A program made the translations under genes and the position numbers. From contig CAVWIH010000029.1 in the NCBI GenBank assembly GCA_963755025.1, positions 1-56,227 of the forward strand: DNA of 56,227 nt, written 5' to 3'. The notes under the pieces are model-generated. The model made no database searches. It was given only the letters and a program-made list of their open reading frames with translations, and had not been told where the DNA came from. The DNA comes from an uncultured Actinomycetes bacterium. Lineage in GTDB: Bacteria; Actinomycetota; Thermoleophilia; UBA2241. How positions within the stretch are numbered: the first letter of the stretch is position 1; every line of letters begins with the position of its first letter. Positions 33,939-43,384 of the stretch are shown here, piece after piece.

Positions 33939-34112
33939 CCTGATCCCCTCCCGAACGCTTCGTTTTGACCTAAGGGTACACCTCGTTCGCGGCCCGGCGC
34001 GTTCACCGGCGCCGGCCGTGCGAGCTGCGGCTCGCTGTGCCGGCGGATCGTGCGCGGGACCGCTGTCTCTGGCCGGCGCGACCGGCGCGACCAGTGCCCG
34101 GTGTCGCTCGCG

Positions 34113-35741
34113 CTAGCCGGCGCGACCGTCGACCGCGCCGCTCGCGTTCAGCCGGTGGTACAGGCCTTTGAGCTTGCCGTAGAGCTTGCGGTATTCGGCG
34201 TAGCCGTCGGCGTAGGCCTGGGCGTGGACCGACGGCAGGAACGTCGCCGCCGCCGGCGCGAACGCGGGCACGTCGTCGAAAGTGAGCTCGCCGAGGCAGA
34301 CCCGGGCCCACAGCGCGACGCCGCGCAGCTGCGCGTGACGAGGGTCGGCCACCTGTTCGACGGGGCGCCCCAGGACGTCGGCGTAGATCTGGCACCACAG
34401 GTCGCTCTGCGCGCCGCCGCCGAGGATGCGCACCTTGGGGACGGACCGCTTGAGGAACTTCTCGTAGGCGTCGAACAGCCAGCGCGAATTGTAGGCGACA
34501 CCCTCGAGGACCGAGCGCACGAGCATGGCGCGGTCGGTGCGCAGCGACAGGTTCAGCCACCCCGCGCGCGCGATCTTGTCTTCGACCGGGCTGCGCTCGC
34601 CGTTCAGCCACGGCATGAACAGCAGCCCCTCGCAGCCCGCCGGGGCACGCTCGGCAAGGCGCAGGAGATCCTCGAACGACGGTGAGCCCGCCTCGGGCGC
34701 GGCGCCGCTCGCGCCTATGCCGCTGCCGCCGCCGAGCAAGCCGTCGTCTGGCGCGACGATCTGCTCGCGGAGCCAGTGCAGGCAGGCGCCGCCGGTCTCC
34801 TGGTTGTTGGCCACGATGTGGTGCGCCGGGTCGAGGCCCGGCACGGTGGCGATCTGGTGCAGGATGTCGGTGCGCTTGAACGGCACGCGAGCGCCCACCC
34901 AGGCCGTGGTCGATATGGCGATGTGGGTCTCGTAGGGGGCGACCGCCCCAGAGCCCATGACGGCGGCGTGCAGGTCGGGGATGCCGCAGACTACAGGCGC
35001 CCCGGGCGCGACGCCGAGGTCGGCCGCGACCTCGGGCAGCAGCGGGCCGAGCACGGAACCTGTGGGGATGAGCTCGGGCAACCGCGCCGGGTCGCGGCGC
35101 GTCCTGGCGACGAGCGAGTCGACGTAGCCCAGCGGCGCGCCCAGGCGGTTGTCGGTGAGCCAGGAGCCGATCATCGACGCCGGCGTCGCGGCGGCCCGGC
35201 CGGTGAACCTGAGACCGACGTAGTCGACCGGCTCGAGGATCACGGCGGTCCTGGCGTACACCTCGGGCAGCCGCGCGCGCAGCAGCAGCGAGTGGCCGGT
35301 GGGATCGGCGCCGCTCGGCGTTGGCGCTCCACCGGTGAGGCGCAGGAACGGCAGCACCTTTTGCGGCGCGAACCCCGAGATGTTGACCGCACCGCCGATG
35401 ACGTCGCGCGAGAGGTCGCGGGCGCGGGTGTCGGACCAGAGGATGACGTCGCCGACGGGCTGGCCGTCGGCCCCGACCGGCACCGACGAGGCCCATTGCC
35501 CGGTGATCGCGACGGCGTGCAGTTGGTCGCCGTCGGCCCCGGCGCCCTCGATCGCTTCGCGCGCCGCCTCGCGCAGCTCGGCCCACCACTCGGTGGCGTT
35601 CTGGGTGGCCGCGCCGTCGCGCCCGATGTAGACGTGGACCGGGCGCATGGCCGTGCGGCGCACCTCGCCCTCGAGCGAGACGACGGCGACCTTGGGCCCG
35701 CCGTTGCCGAGGTCGATCGCCAGTATCCAGCGCGCGCTCAT
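34113..35741 (-). CDS. FGGY carbohydrate kinase
   Basis: LAIDLGNGGPK, WSDTRA, GERSPVED, LGGGAQS. Confidence 0.9.
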   Translation of the reverse strand: MSARWILAIDLGNGGPKVAVVSLEGEVRRTAMRPVHVYIGRDGAATQNATEWWAELREAAREAIEGAGADGDQLHAVAITGQWASSVPVGADGQPVGDVILWSDTRARDLSRDVIGGAVNISGFAPQKVLPFLRLTGGAPTPSGADPTGHSLLLRARLPEVYARTAVILEPVDYVGLRFTGRAAATPASMIGSWLTDNRLGAPLGYVDSLVARTRRDPARLPELIPTGSVLGPLLPEVAADLGVAPGAPVVCGIPDLHAAVMGSGAVAPYETHIAISTTAWVGARVPFKRTDILHQIATVPGLDPAHHIVANNQETGGACLHWLREQIVAPDDGLLGGGSGIGASGAAPEAGSPSFEDLLRLAERAPAGCEGLLFMPWLNGERSPVEDKIARAGWLNLSLRTDRAMLVRSVLEGVAYNSRWLFDAYEKFLKRSVPKVRILGGGAQSDLWCQIYADVLGRPVEQVADPRHAQLRGVALWARVCLGELTFDDVPAFAPAAATFLPSVHAQAYADGYAEYRKLYGKLKGLYHRLNASGAVDGRAG

Positions 35742-35742
35742 G

Positions 35743-37206
35743 TCAGGAGACCTTTCCGTCGGGCGCGACGGCGTGCATGGCGTCGAGCACCTTGAACATG
35801 ACCGACGTGACCAGCTCGTTGCCCTTGGGGCTGCCCCCGAAGCCGTACACCGCCCCCGACTTGGCCGTCTCGCCCTTGTGCTGTTTGGCGTAGTCGACGG
35901 CGCCGTGCAGGGCCTCGACGAAGGCCTCGGCGACGCCGGGCGCCGTGTTGGGCCGCGTCACGCAGAAGTGCAGGGCGGGCGGGAGCTGCGCCGCGTTCAT
36001 GCGCCAGCCCTGGGCGATGAGGGAGTCGTTCACCAGGTAGATGTCGAGGTCGCCGGCCGACTTGAAGGCGACCAGGAAGAAGGGGTCGCCCATCACCTCG
36101 AGCTCGGGGAGCGCGCGGACGCCGTCGCGGATGGTGGTCGCAGTGCGCATGATGGCGTCGGCCGCGGCCAGGTAGCCCGACTCGCCGGTGACCAGCAGCG
36201 CCGCCCACGTCGAGGCGAGGATGCCGCCGCTGCGCGAGCCGGCGAAGCCCGGCGACAGGTAGAGCCCGCCCGGCCAGTCGGGGTAGGCGAAGTACTGCTG
36301 TTGGCGCGTCTCCTTGTCGCGGTAGAGCAGCACGCTCGAACCCTTGAGCGCGTAGCCGTACTTGTGCGTGTCGGCCGAGATCGAGGTCACGCCGGGCACC
36401 CGAAAGTCCCAGAGCGGCACGTCGTAGCCGAGGCGCTCGACCCAGGGCAGCAGCCAGCCGCCGAGGCAGCCGTCGACGTGCAGGCCGATGTCGTGCGACT
36501 GCGCCAGCGCGCCGATGTCGGCGATGGGGTCGATGAGTCCGTGAGCGTAGTCGGCCGCGCTGGCGAAGAGCGCGATGGTCTGGTCGTCGATCTGCGCGGC
36601 CATCGCCGCCACGTCGGCGACGTAGCGGTCGGTGAGCGGGGTCTTGCGCACCTCGATGTCCATCCAGTGGGCGCCCTTGTCGAGGGCCACGTGGGCGGTC
36701 ACCGGCATGACGACGTTGGGCCTTGTGACGCCGCGCCTGGCGCGGGCGAGCTCGCGATAGGAGTACAGCGCGGTGATCAGGCTCTCGGTGCCGCCGCCCG
36801 TGATGACGCCCACCCCCGTGCCGTGCAGCAGGTCGCTCGCCATGGCGATGATCTCGCCCTCGAACTTGGTGGCGCTCGGGTACATGTCGCGCTGCAGCAC
36901 GTTGGCGTGCGAGAACTGGTCGAACACCTCGCCCAGGAAGTGATAGTGGTCGTGGTCGCCGCAGTAGAGGCTGCCCGAGACGGTGCCCTTGTCGCCGCGC
37001 GCGTCTTCGCCGTGAGCCATGCCGGCGATCTCGGCAAGGACGGCGGCCCGGTCGAGCGGCGCGGCCGGCACTCGCCGGTAGGTGACAGTGTCCTTGTAGG
37101 GGTAGAGGTCGCCGATGACCTTCGCGATCGTGCTGTCCGGGGCATGCTTCAGCGCGCCTCTCACCACGACGTTCCTCAGGGCTTGCCTGATCTTGTCGAA
37201 AGCCAC
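35743..37206 (-). CDS. PLP-dependent sphingosine-1-phosphate lyase-like protein (group II decarboxylase fold)
   Basis: VSGSLY, TGGGTES, AHVALDKG, HVDGCLGG, SISADTHKYGYALKG, WPGGLYLSPGFAGSRSG; GTG 37206 with GGAG RBS. Confidence 0.85.
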   Translation of the reverse strand: MAFDKIRQALRNVVVRGALKHAPDSTIAKVIGDLYPYKDTVTYRRVPAAPLDRAAVLAEIAGMAHGEDARGDKGTVSGSLYCGDHDHYHFLGEVFDQFSHANVLQRDMYPSATKFEGEIIAMASDLLHGTGVGVITGGGTESLITALYSYRELARARRGVTRPNVVMPVTAHVALDKGAHWMDIEVRKTPLTDRYVADVAAMAAQIDDQTIALFASAADYAHGLIDPIADIGALAQSHDIGLHVDGCLGGWLLPWVERLGYDVPLWDFRVPGVTSISADTHKYGYALKGSSVLLYRDKETRQQQYFAYPDWPGGLYLSPGFAGSRSGGILASTWAALLVTGESGYLAAADAIMRTATTIRDGVRALPELEVMGDPFFLVAFKSAGDLDIYLVNDSLIAQGWRMNAAQLPPALHFCVTRPNTAPGVAEAFVEALHGAVDYAKQHKGETAKSGAVYGFGGSPKGNELVTSVMFKVLDAMHAVAPDGKVS

Positions 37207-37435
37207 TGGACTCCCCTTTGCTCCGGACGGCCCCACGACCTAGACGAGCGTGCGCGGGCGGCGACGTACACGCTCCGAGCCAACCATAGAAGCGACCGAA
37301 ACGCAAAGGGTCGACGGCGTCGCCGGCGGTCGAGGTGACGTTCACGCTCTCGCGCCCGGCCGCCCGCGGATGGCCGGGCGCAAGAGCACCCCGTGTGGTC
37401 TGGGCGCGGACGCAAGAGCGCCGGCCGGCGCGCTC

Positions 37436-38410
37436 CTAGCCGCTCGTCTGCGCCGCGGCGGGCTCGGCCGAGAAGTCGAGGGCGGGCCCGTCGGGGACGA
37501 TGCGGCTCGGGTTCAGAAAGTCGTGGGTCGTGTAGTAGTGGCGCTTGATCTGCTCCATGGCCACCGTGGCCGCTATGCCGGGCCGGCCGTACAGGTCGCG
37601 CGTGTAACGCCACAGGTTCGGGTAGTCGATCACGCGCCGCTGGTTGCACTTGAAGTGGCTGTAGTAGACGGCGTCGAAACGCACGAGCGTGGGGAAGAGG
37701 CGCCAGTCGGCCTCGGTGAGCGCGTCTCCCAGCAGGTAGCGGTTGCGCGACAGCCGGTCCTCGAGCTCGTCGAGCGCCGCGAAGAGCGCCCGGAACGCGG
37801 CGTCGTAGGCCGCCTGGCTGCGGGCGAAGCCGGCCTTGTAGACGCCGTTGTTCACGCGGTCGTAGACGAAGTCGTTGAGCGAGTCGATGCCGGGCCGCAG
37901 GCTCTGCGGGTACAGGTCGACGTGCTCGGTGGCGAGGCCGTCGAAGGCGTCGTTGAACATGCGCACGATGTCGGCCGACTCGTTGCTCACGATCTGCCCG
38001 GTCTCGGTGTCCCAGAGCACCGGCACGGTCACGCGGCCGCCGAAGGCCGGGTCGGTCGCCGCGTAGGCTTCGCTGAGCAGGGCGAAGCCGTTGACGGCGT
38101 CGGTGTACCGGCCGCTCAGGCCGGTGGCCGGCTCAGTGAAGCTCTCGCCGGTGAACGCCCAGCCCCGCTCGTCGCGAAACGGGGCGGCGTAGGAGATGCC
38201 GACCGCCCCTTCGAGACCCTTGACGACGCGCGCCAGCACGGCGCGGTGCGACCAGGGGCAGGCCAAGCTGACGTACAGGTGATAGCGGCCCGCCGTGGCG
38301 GGGAACCCGGAGCTGCCGTCTGCCGTCACCCAGCGCCGAAAGGCGCTCTCCTGCCGCACGAACCGGCCGTCGGAGGCCAACTCGGGGCCTAAGTCGAAAC
38401 TGCTCGCCAT
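37436..38410 (-). CDS. Glutathionyl-hydroquinone reductase (GST omega/Xi, YqjG-like)
   Basis: GRYHLYVSLACPWSHR, TVPVLWD, NESADI, VNNGVYKAGF, RFDAVY. Confidence 0.92.
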   Translation of the reverse strand: MASSFDLGPELASDGRFVRQESAFRRWVTADGSSGFPATAGRYHLYVSLACPWSHRAVLARVVKGLEGAVGISYAAPFRDERGWAFTGESFTEPATGLSGRYTDAVNGFALLSEAYAATDPAFGGRVTVPVLWDTETGQIVSNESADIVRMFNDAFDGLATEHVDLYPQSLRPGIDSLNDFVYDRVNNGVYKAGFARSQAAYDAAFRALFAALDELEDRLSRNRYLLGDALTEADWRLFPTLVRFDAVYYSHFKCNQRRVIDYPNLWRYTRDLYGRPGIAATVAMEQIKRHYYTTHDFLNPSRIVPDGPALDFSAEPAAAQTSG

Positions 38411-38553
38411 GCCGCCCTCCGTCCTTGATAGTCTGGTGCGCGTGGGAGTGCCCGCGCCGCTGGCGCCGCGCCACCCCTGGAGACACGATTGCCGCTGCCG
38501 GCGCGGGGGAAACGAAGCATGTGGGCGTGCGCCGGCTCGGGCGCCGCGAGGCT

Positions 38554-38579
38554 GATTAGTCGAAGCCCGCTACGGGTAC
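38554..38579 (+). promoter_or_regulatory. Possible SigB/SigF-type general-stress promoter
   Basis: GATT-N16-GGGTAC upstream of the holin-like gene. Confidence 0.4.
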
Positions 38580-38646
38580 GGTCGGAATCACAGACAGCCC
38601 GAGCTTGCCGTCGATGGGGAGGGGATCGGGATGAGGGAGTACAGTC

Positions 38647-39297
38647 ATGGGCCTTCGTGAACGTCTGACTGCTTCGGCGGCCGAGATCCGCGCGCGCAGC
38701 CAGCGGCTGGTCGAGCTCAACGTCGAGATGCTGACCAACGAGCTCAAGCGCAAGGGCCAGCAGTACGGCACCGCGATCGGCTTGTTCGTGGGCGCCGGCG
38801 TGCTGGCGCTCTACGCGCTGGGCTTCGCCCTCACGACCATCGCCGTCGTGCTCTACATCTGGCTGCCCCTGTGGCTCTCGGTGCTGATCGTCACGGTCGC
38901 GCTGTTCCTCGTCGTGCTCGTGCTCGCGCTCGTGGGGCGCAGCACCCTGCGTCAGGCCAAGACGCCTTCGCCGGAGCGCGCCATCCGCGAGGCCAAGTCG
39001 ACGGCCGACGCGCTCAAGACCAACCTGCGCAAGACCGCCGACGACCTCACGCCGCGGCGCAACGGCAAGGTCCCTGCCGGCCTGGCGGCGGCGCCCGGCG
39101 ATGCCGCGATCACGCAGCCGCTCGCGTCGCGCCGCGGCCCCTCGACCCCGCTGCCCGCGGGGCCGCTCGGCGGCTCGCCCGGCACGCCGCCCGCGGGACC
39201 GCTCGGCGGCCCGTCCAGCACAGCCCCGTCCACGCCGCCCGGTCCTCCTGCACCCACGCCGCGCGACGTACCACCCTCCGACCATGAGGAGTCGTGA
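38647..39297 (+). CDS. Actinobacterial holin-X-like (YqjE-type) membrane protein
   Basis: N-terminal helix, two TM segments, PERAIREAK-type helix, Pro-rich tail. Confidence 0.65.
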   Translation: MGLRERLTASAAEIRARSQRLVELNVEMLTNELKRKGQQYGTAIGLFVGAGVLALYALGFALTTIAVVLYIWLPLWLSVLIVTVALFLVVLVLALVGRSTLRQAKTPSPERAIREAKSTADALKTNLRKTADDLTPRRNGKVPAGLAAAPGDAAITQPLASRRGPSTPLPAGPLGGSPGTPPAGPLGGPSSTAPSTPPGPPAPTPRDVPPSDHEES

Positions 39298-39545
39298 TGG
39301 CCGGTAAGAGCCCGCAGCGCAGCCTCGACCAGATCGCCGCCGAGATCGACTCCGAGCGGTCTGGTCTCATCAAGGCGTTCGACGTGTTGCGCGGCGACCT
39401 GACCGAGGCCGCCGCGTCCGACAACCGCACGGTCGCCGGCGGCCGCAAGGCCGCCCTGCTGCTGCCCGGGCTGGCGCTGGCCGCGACCGCTACGGCACAG
39501 GGCCTCATCGCCGGCCTGCGCGGCCGCAAGGACACGAAGGCCTAG
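39297..39545 (+). CDS. Small DUF3618-like protein
   Basis: RSLDQIAAEIDSERSGL...L pattern, coupled to the holin-like gene by TGATG. Confidence 0.55.
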   Translation: MAGKSPQRSLDQIAAEIDSERSGLIKAFDVLRGDLTEAAASDNRTVAGGRKAALLLPGLALAATATAQGLIAGLRGRKDTKA

Positions 39546-39617
39546 CGCGGGAGCGACGGCCCGCACCAGACCACAACGCGACAGCGCGAGTCGGGGGGCG
39601 CGCGCCAGGAGGCGCAC

Positions 39618-39974
39618 ATGATCGACGGAGCCCACGTCATCCTCTTCGTCCCCGACGCCGAGGCCACGCGCGCCTTCTTGCGCGACGTGCTCGAGCTGCC
39701 CGCGGTCGACGCCGGCGAAGGCTGGCTGATCTTCGCCCTGCCGCCCGCCGAGCTGACCGCTCACCCCACGAGCGGCGACGTCAGCCACGAGCTCTACCTG
39801 CTGTGCGACGACCTTGCCGCCACGGTCGCCGACCTGCGGGCCAAGGGCGTCGAGTTCGTCGACGAGCCCAGCGAGCGCGACTGGGGCACGGTGATCACAC
39901 TCAAGGTGCCCGGCGGCGGCACGCTGGCGCTCTACCAGCCCAAGCACAAACGACCGCTGCCGCGACCCATCTAG
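39618..39974 (+). CDS. VOC/glyoxalase family protein
   Basis: GAHVILF, FLRDVL, ELYLLCDDL, ERDWG, LYQPKH; AGGAGG RBS. Confidence 0.88.
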   Translation: MIDGAHVILFVPDAEATRAFLRDVLELPAVDAGEGWLIFALPPAELTAHPTSGDVSHELYLLCDDLAATVADLRAKGVEFVDEPSERDWGTVITLKVPGGGTLALYQPKHKRPLPRPI

Positions 39975-40061
39975 GGCCGATCGCGGGTAACGTGACGGCC
40001 GAGACCCACGCGCCGTCCGGCGCCGCCGTTGCCGGCGTGGGGTAAACGAAAGGAGACCGTC

Positions 40062-41076
40062 ATGCTCGCTCGCGCTCTGGGTGCGACCGGCCCCGCCGTC
40101 TCGGCCCTCGGCCTCGGCTGCATGGGCATGTCAGCCGTGTACGGGCAGGCCGACGACACCGAGAGCATCGCCACGATCCACGCGGCGTTCGATGCCGGCG
40201 TCACGCTGCTCGACACCGGCGACTTCTACGGCATGGGCGCCAACGAGCTGCTCATTCGCGAGGCGCTGCGCGGCCGCCGCCGCGACGACGTCGTGCTGAG
40301 CGTCAAGTTCGGCGCGCTGCGCGCGCCGGACGGCGCCTTCATCGGCGTCGACAGCGCGCCCGACCGCGGTCAAGAACTTCCTGGCCTACACGCTGCGCCG
40401 CCTGGGCACGGACTACGTCGACGTCTACCGGCCGGCGCGCCTCGACCCGGCCGTGCCGATCGAAGAGACGGTCGGCGCGATCGCCGAACTGGTGCAGGCC
40501 GGCTAGGTGCGCCACATCGGCCTGTCCGAGATCGGCGCCGAGACGCTGCGTCGCGCACAGGCCGTGCACCCGATCTGCGACCTGCAGATCGAGTACTCGC
40601 TGATCTCGCGCGGCATCGAGGACGAGGTGCTGCCGGCTTGCCGCGAGCTCGGCATCGGCGTGACCGCCTACGGCGTGCTCTCGCGCGGACTGATCAGCGG
40701 CCACTGGGCAAAAGACGCCCCGCTCGCGCCGGGCGACATGCGGGGGCGCTTTCCGCGCTTTAGCGGCGCCAACCTCGCGAAGAACCTGGCGCTCGTCGAC
40801 GCCTTGCGGGGGCTGGCGCGGCGCAAGGGCGCGACGGTCGCCCAGCTCGCCATCGGCTGGGTGCTCTCACAGGGCCCCGACATCGTGCCGGTCGTCGGCG
40901 CCCGTCGCCGCGACCGTCTCGCCGAGGCCTTGGGCGCCCTCGAGCTCCAGCTCTCGGCCGCCGACCTGGCGACGATCGAGGCGGCCGTGCCCAAGGGGTC
41001 GGCGGCGGGTGATCGCTACGACGCTCGCCAGATGACCGCCCTCGACAGCGAGCGCGGCCTCCCGTCCGCTTCCTGA
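40062..41076 (+). CDS. Aldo/keto reductase (frameshift ~40360, in-frame TAG 40504)
   Basis: [40 protein letters not shown]. Confidence 0.88.
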
Positions 41077-41094
41077 GGTCCCCTCCCCGGCGGC

Positions 41095-41977
41095 GGCCTC
41101 GGTAGAGGAAGTCGCGCAGGCGCTGCGAGTCGCGGGTGCTGCGCAGCGCGACCAGCGCCTTGGCTTCGATCTGGCCTATGCGCTCGGGGCTCAGGCCGAA
41201 CTTGCGACTGACTTCGTCGAGCGTGGCCGGCGGTTCGCCGGCCAAGCCGAAGCGCGCCTCGATCACTTCGCGCTCGCGTCGGTTGAGGGCGCCCAGCACC
41301 TCGCTCAGCTCCTCGGCCCGGATGAGCTCGCTCACCACGCCCGACGACGCCGCTGCCTGTTCGTCTTCGAACACGAGGCCGGGCGGCTCCCCGGTGCGTG
41401 CCTGATCGGCGATCGCCCGAATGATCGCCTGGCGGATCCACCAGGTGGCGTGACTCGCAAACCGGTAGCCCTCGCGGTACTCGAACGTCTCGGTCGCGCG
41501 GATCAGGCCGAGGCTGCCTTCCTGGACCAAGTCGAGCAGGCCCAGCCCGCGGCCCGTGTAGCGCTTGGCGATCGACACGACCAGTCGCAGGTTGGCGTCG
41601 ACCAGCTTGCGCTTGGCCGCCATGTCGCGCGCCTCGATGCCCTTGGCCAGGGCGATCTCGTCGTCGGCGCTGAGCAGCGGCACCTGCGCGATCTTGGTGA
41701 GGAACGCCCGCAGTGTGTCGGCGCCCGGCGCCCTGTTCGGCGCGTCCGGCGGCGCGGCCGTCGCCGGTTTGTCACTGTCGATCAGCTCGATGCCCTGGTC
41801 GATCAGGCAGAGCAGCACGTTCTCGAGCTGTTCCGGGCTAAGCTCTACGTCGTTCAACACCGCGGCCAGACGCGCGCTGGTCAGCCGCCCCTGTCTGCGC
41901 CCCTCGTCGAGCAGCTCGCGCACCTTGGCGGCGGCCGGTCCCACCGCCCCGCACGCGGGCGGATCAGTCATTGCCAT
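41095..41977 (-). CDS. RpoD-like sigma-70 factor lacking most of region 3 (3' end uncertain)
   Basis: Region 1.1-like N-terminus, 1.2 [12 protein letters not shown], region 2 [13 protein letters not shown] / DLVQEG / ATWWIRQAI, region 4 [20 protein letters not shown], ends LRDFL; read-through to 40760 probably an error. Confidence 0.85.
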
Positions 41978-42121
41978 GTCGTCTCTTTCTTCGCTTTTCC
42001 AGACCATGGTACTCGCGTGCCGGCGGCGATGTCGGGATCAGCACGTTCCGCGGCGCGGCGCACGACGACGCCGGTGCGCGGCGCTCGACAGCACCGCCGG
42101 CGCAGGGCAGGATGGAGACGT

Positions 42122-43384
42122 ATGATCCGCGCCATCCTGCTCATCGACATGGACGCCTTCTTCGCCTCGGTCGAACAGGCGCGCCGGCCCGAGCTCGCCG
42201 GCCTCCCGGTGGTCGTCGGCGGCCGCGCCGAGAGCCGCGGCGTGGTGAGCACCTGCTCCTACGAGGCGCGCGCCTGCGGCGTGCGCACCGCCATGCCCAT
42301 GGCGCAGGCCCAGCGGCTCTGCCCGCAAGCCGCCTTTCTGCCGGTCGACATGAAAGCCTACGTGGCGGTGCACGAGGCGCTCCTCGAGATCTTCGGGCGC
42401 TTCACCGACCTGGTCGAGCCGGTGTCGATCGACGAGGCGTTCCTCGACGTGACCGGCTCACGCCGCCTGTTCGGCAGCCCACAGGCGATCGCCAGCCAGA
42501 TCCAGGGGCTCACGCGCGGCGAGCTCGGCCTGTCGTGCTCGATCGGCATCGGGCCGACCAGGCTGCTCGCCAAGCTGGCCGCCGAGCTCGACAAGCCCGG
42601 GGGGCTGTCGACCCTCACCGAGTCCGACGTCGGCGGCCGCCTGCGGGCGCTGCCGGCCGGCGACCTGTACGGTATCGGGCCGATGACGGTCGAGCGCCTG
42701 CGCAGCGTGGGGATCGTCACCATCGGCCAGTTGCAGGACGTGCCCCTGGCGGTGCTACAGGCCACCTTCGCCAAGTCGGCCGCCGCCCTCAAGGAGCTCG
42801 CCTTCGGCGGCAGCGACGCCGCCGTGCACTCGGCCCACGCGGCGCCCAAGTCGCTGGGCCACGAGGTGACCTTCGCGCACGACGTCAGCGAACCCGAGCT
42901 GCTGCGGGCCACGCTGCTCGACCTGGCCGACCGCACCTCGAGCGAGTTGCGGCGCAAGGGCTACGCCTGCCGCACGGTCGCCCTCAAGCTGCGCGACGAG
43001 CACTTTCACACCTTCAGCGGGCAGCGCACCCTGCCGGGACCGACGAGCGCCACCCGGGCGATCTACGAGACGGGCTCGGCGCTGCTCGACGAGCTGCATG
43101 CCCCCGGCTGCCGGCTGCGCCTGCTGGGCCTGACCCTGAGCGGCCTCACGGCCGAGGCGACCCAGCTCGTCCTCGACGACTCGTCGCGCGAGCTGGCCCG
43201 CGACGAGGCCGTCGACCGGGTGCGGGCCAAGTTCGGCGCCGGGGCGCTGCGCCGGGCCGGATCAGATCTGGCGCCCTGCGAGACCGCCGCCGACGGACCG
43301 CCGCGCCCCGACGGACCGCCTAAGATCGACGGACCGCCGCGCCCCGACGGACCGCCTGAGACCGACAGACCGCCGCGACCCTAG
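42122..43384 (+). CDS. dinB: DNA polymerase IV (Y family)
   Basis: IDMDAFFASVEQ, CSYEAR, SIDEAFLD, AKLAAELDKPGG, KSLGHEVTF. Confidence 0.95.
   Translation: MIRAILLIDMDAFFASVEQARRPELAGLPVVVGGRAESRGVVSTCSYEARACGVRTAMPMAQAQRLCPQAAFLPVDMKAYVAVHEALLEIFGRFTDLVEPVSIDEAFLDVTGSRRLFGSPQAIASQIQGLTRGELGLSCSIGIGPTRLLAKLAAELDKPGGLSTLTESDVGGRLRALPAGDLYGIGPMTVERLRSVGIVTIGQLQDVPLAVLQATFAKSAAALKELAFGGSDAAVHSAHAAPKSLGHEVTFAHDVSEPELLRATLLDLADRTSSELRRKGYACRTVALKLRDEHFHTFSGQRTLPGPTSATRAIYETGSALLDELHAPGCRLRLLGLTLSGLTAEATQLVLDDSSRELARDEAVDRVRAKFGAGALRRAGSDLAPCETAADGPPRPDGPPKIDGPPRPDGPPETDRPPRP
43292..43381 (+). repeat. Five degenerate 18-bp tandem repeats in the dinB tail
   Basis: GAC(G/A)GACCGCC-N7 x5 encoding DGPPRP/DGPPKI/DGPPRP/DGPPET/DRPPRP. 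Confidence 0.85.

Noticed and set aside
38647-39297. Prophage inferred from the holin-like gene
   Set aside because: No endolysin, structural or integrase genes nearby.
40504-40506. In-frame TAG as pyrrolysine or readthrough in the AKR
   Set aside because: The same gene also has a frameshift and no pyl genes are visible; error or decay is simpler.
40760-41095. Long antisense overlaps (sigma/AKR here; PfkB/ARH at 50805-51003)
   Set aside because: Extensions are low-complexity read-through past the family C-termini, probably lost stop codons.
43292-43381. CRISPR-like array
   Set aside because: 18-bp period, in frame within dinB, no spacers or cas genes.
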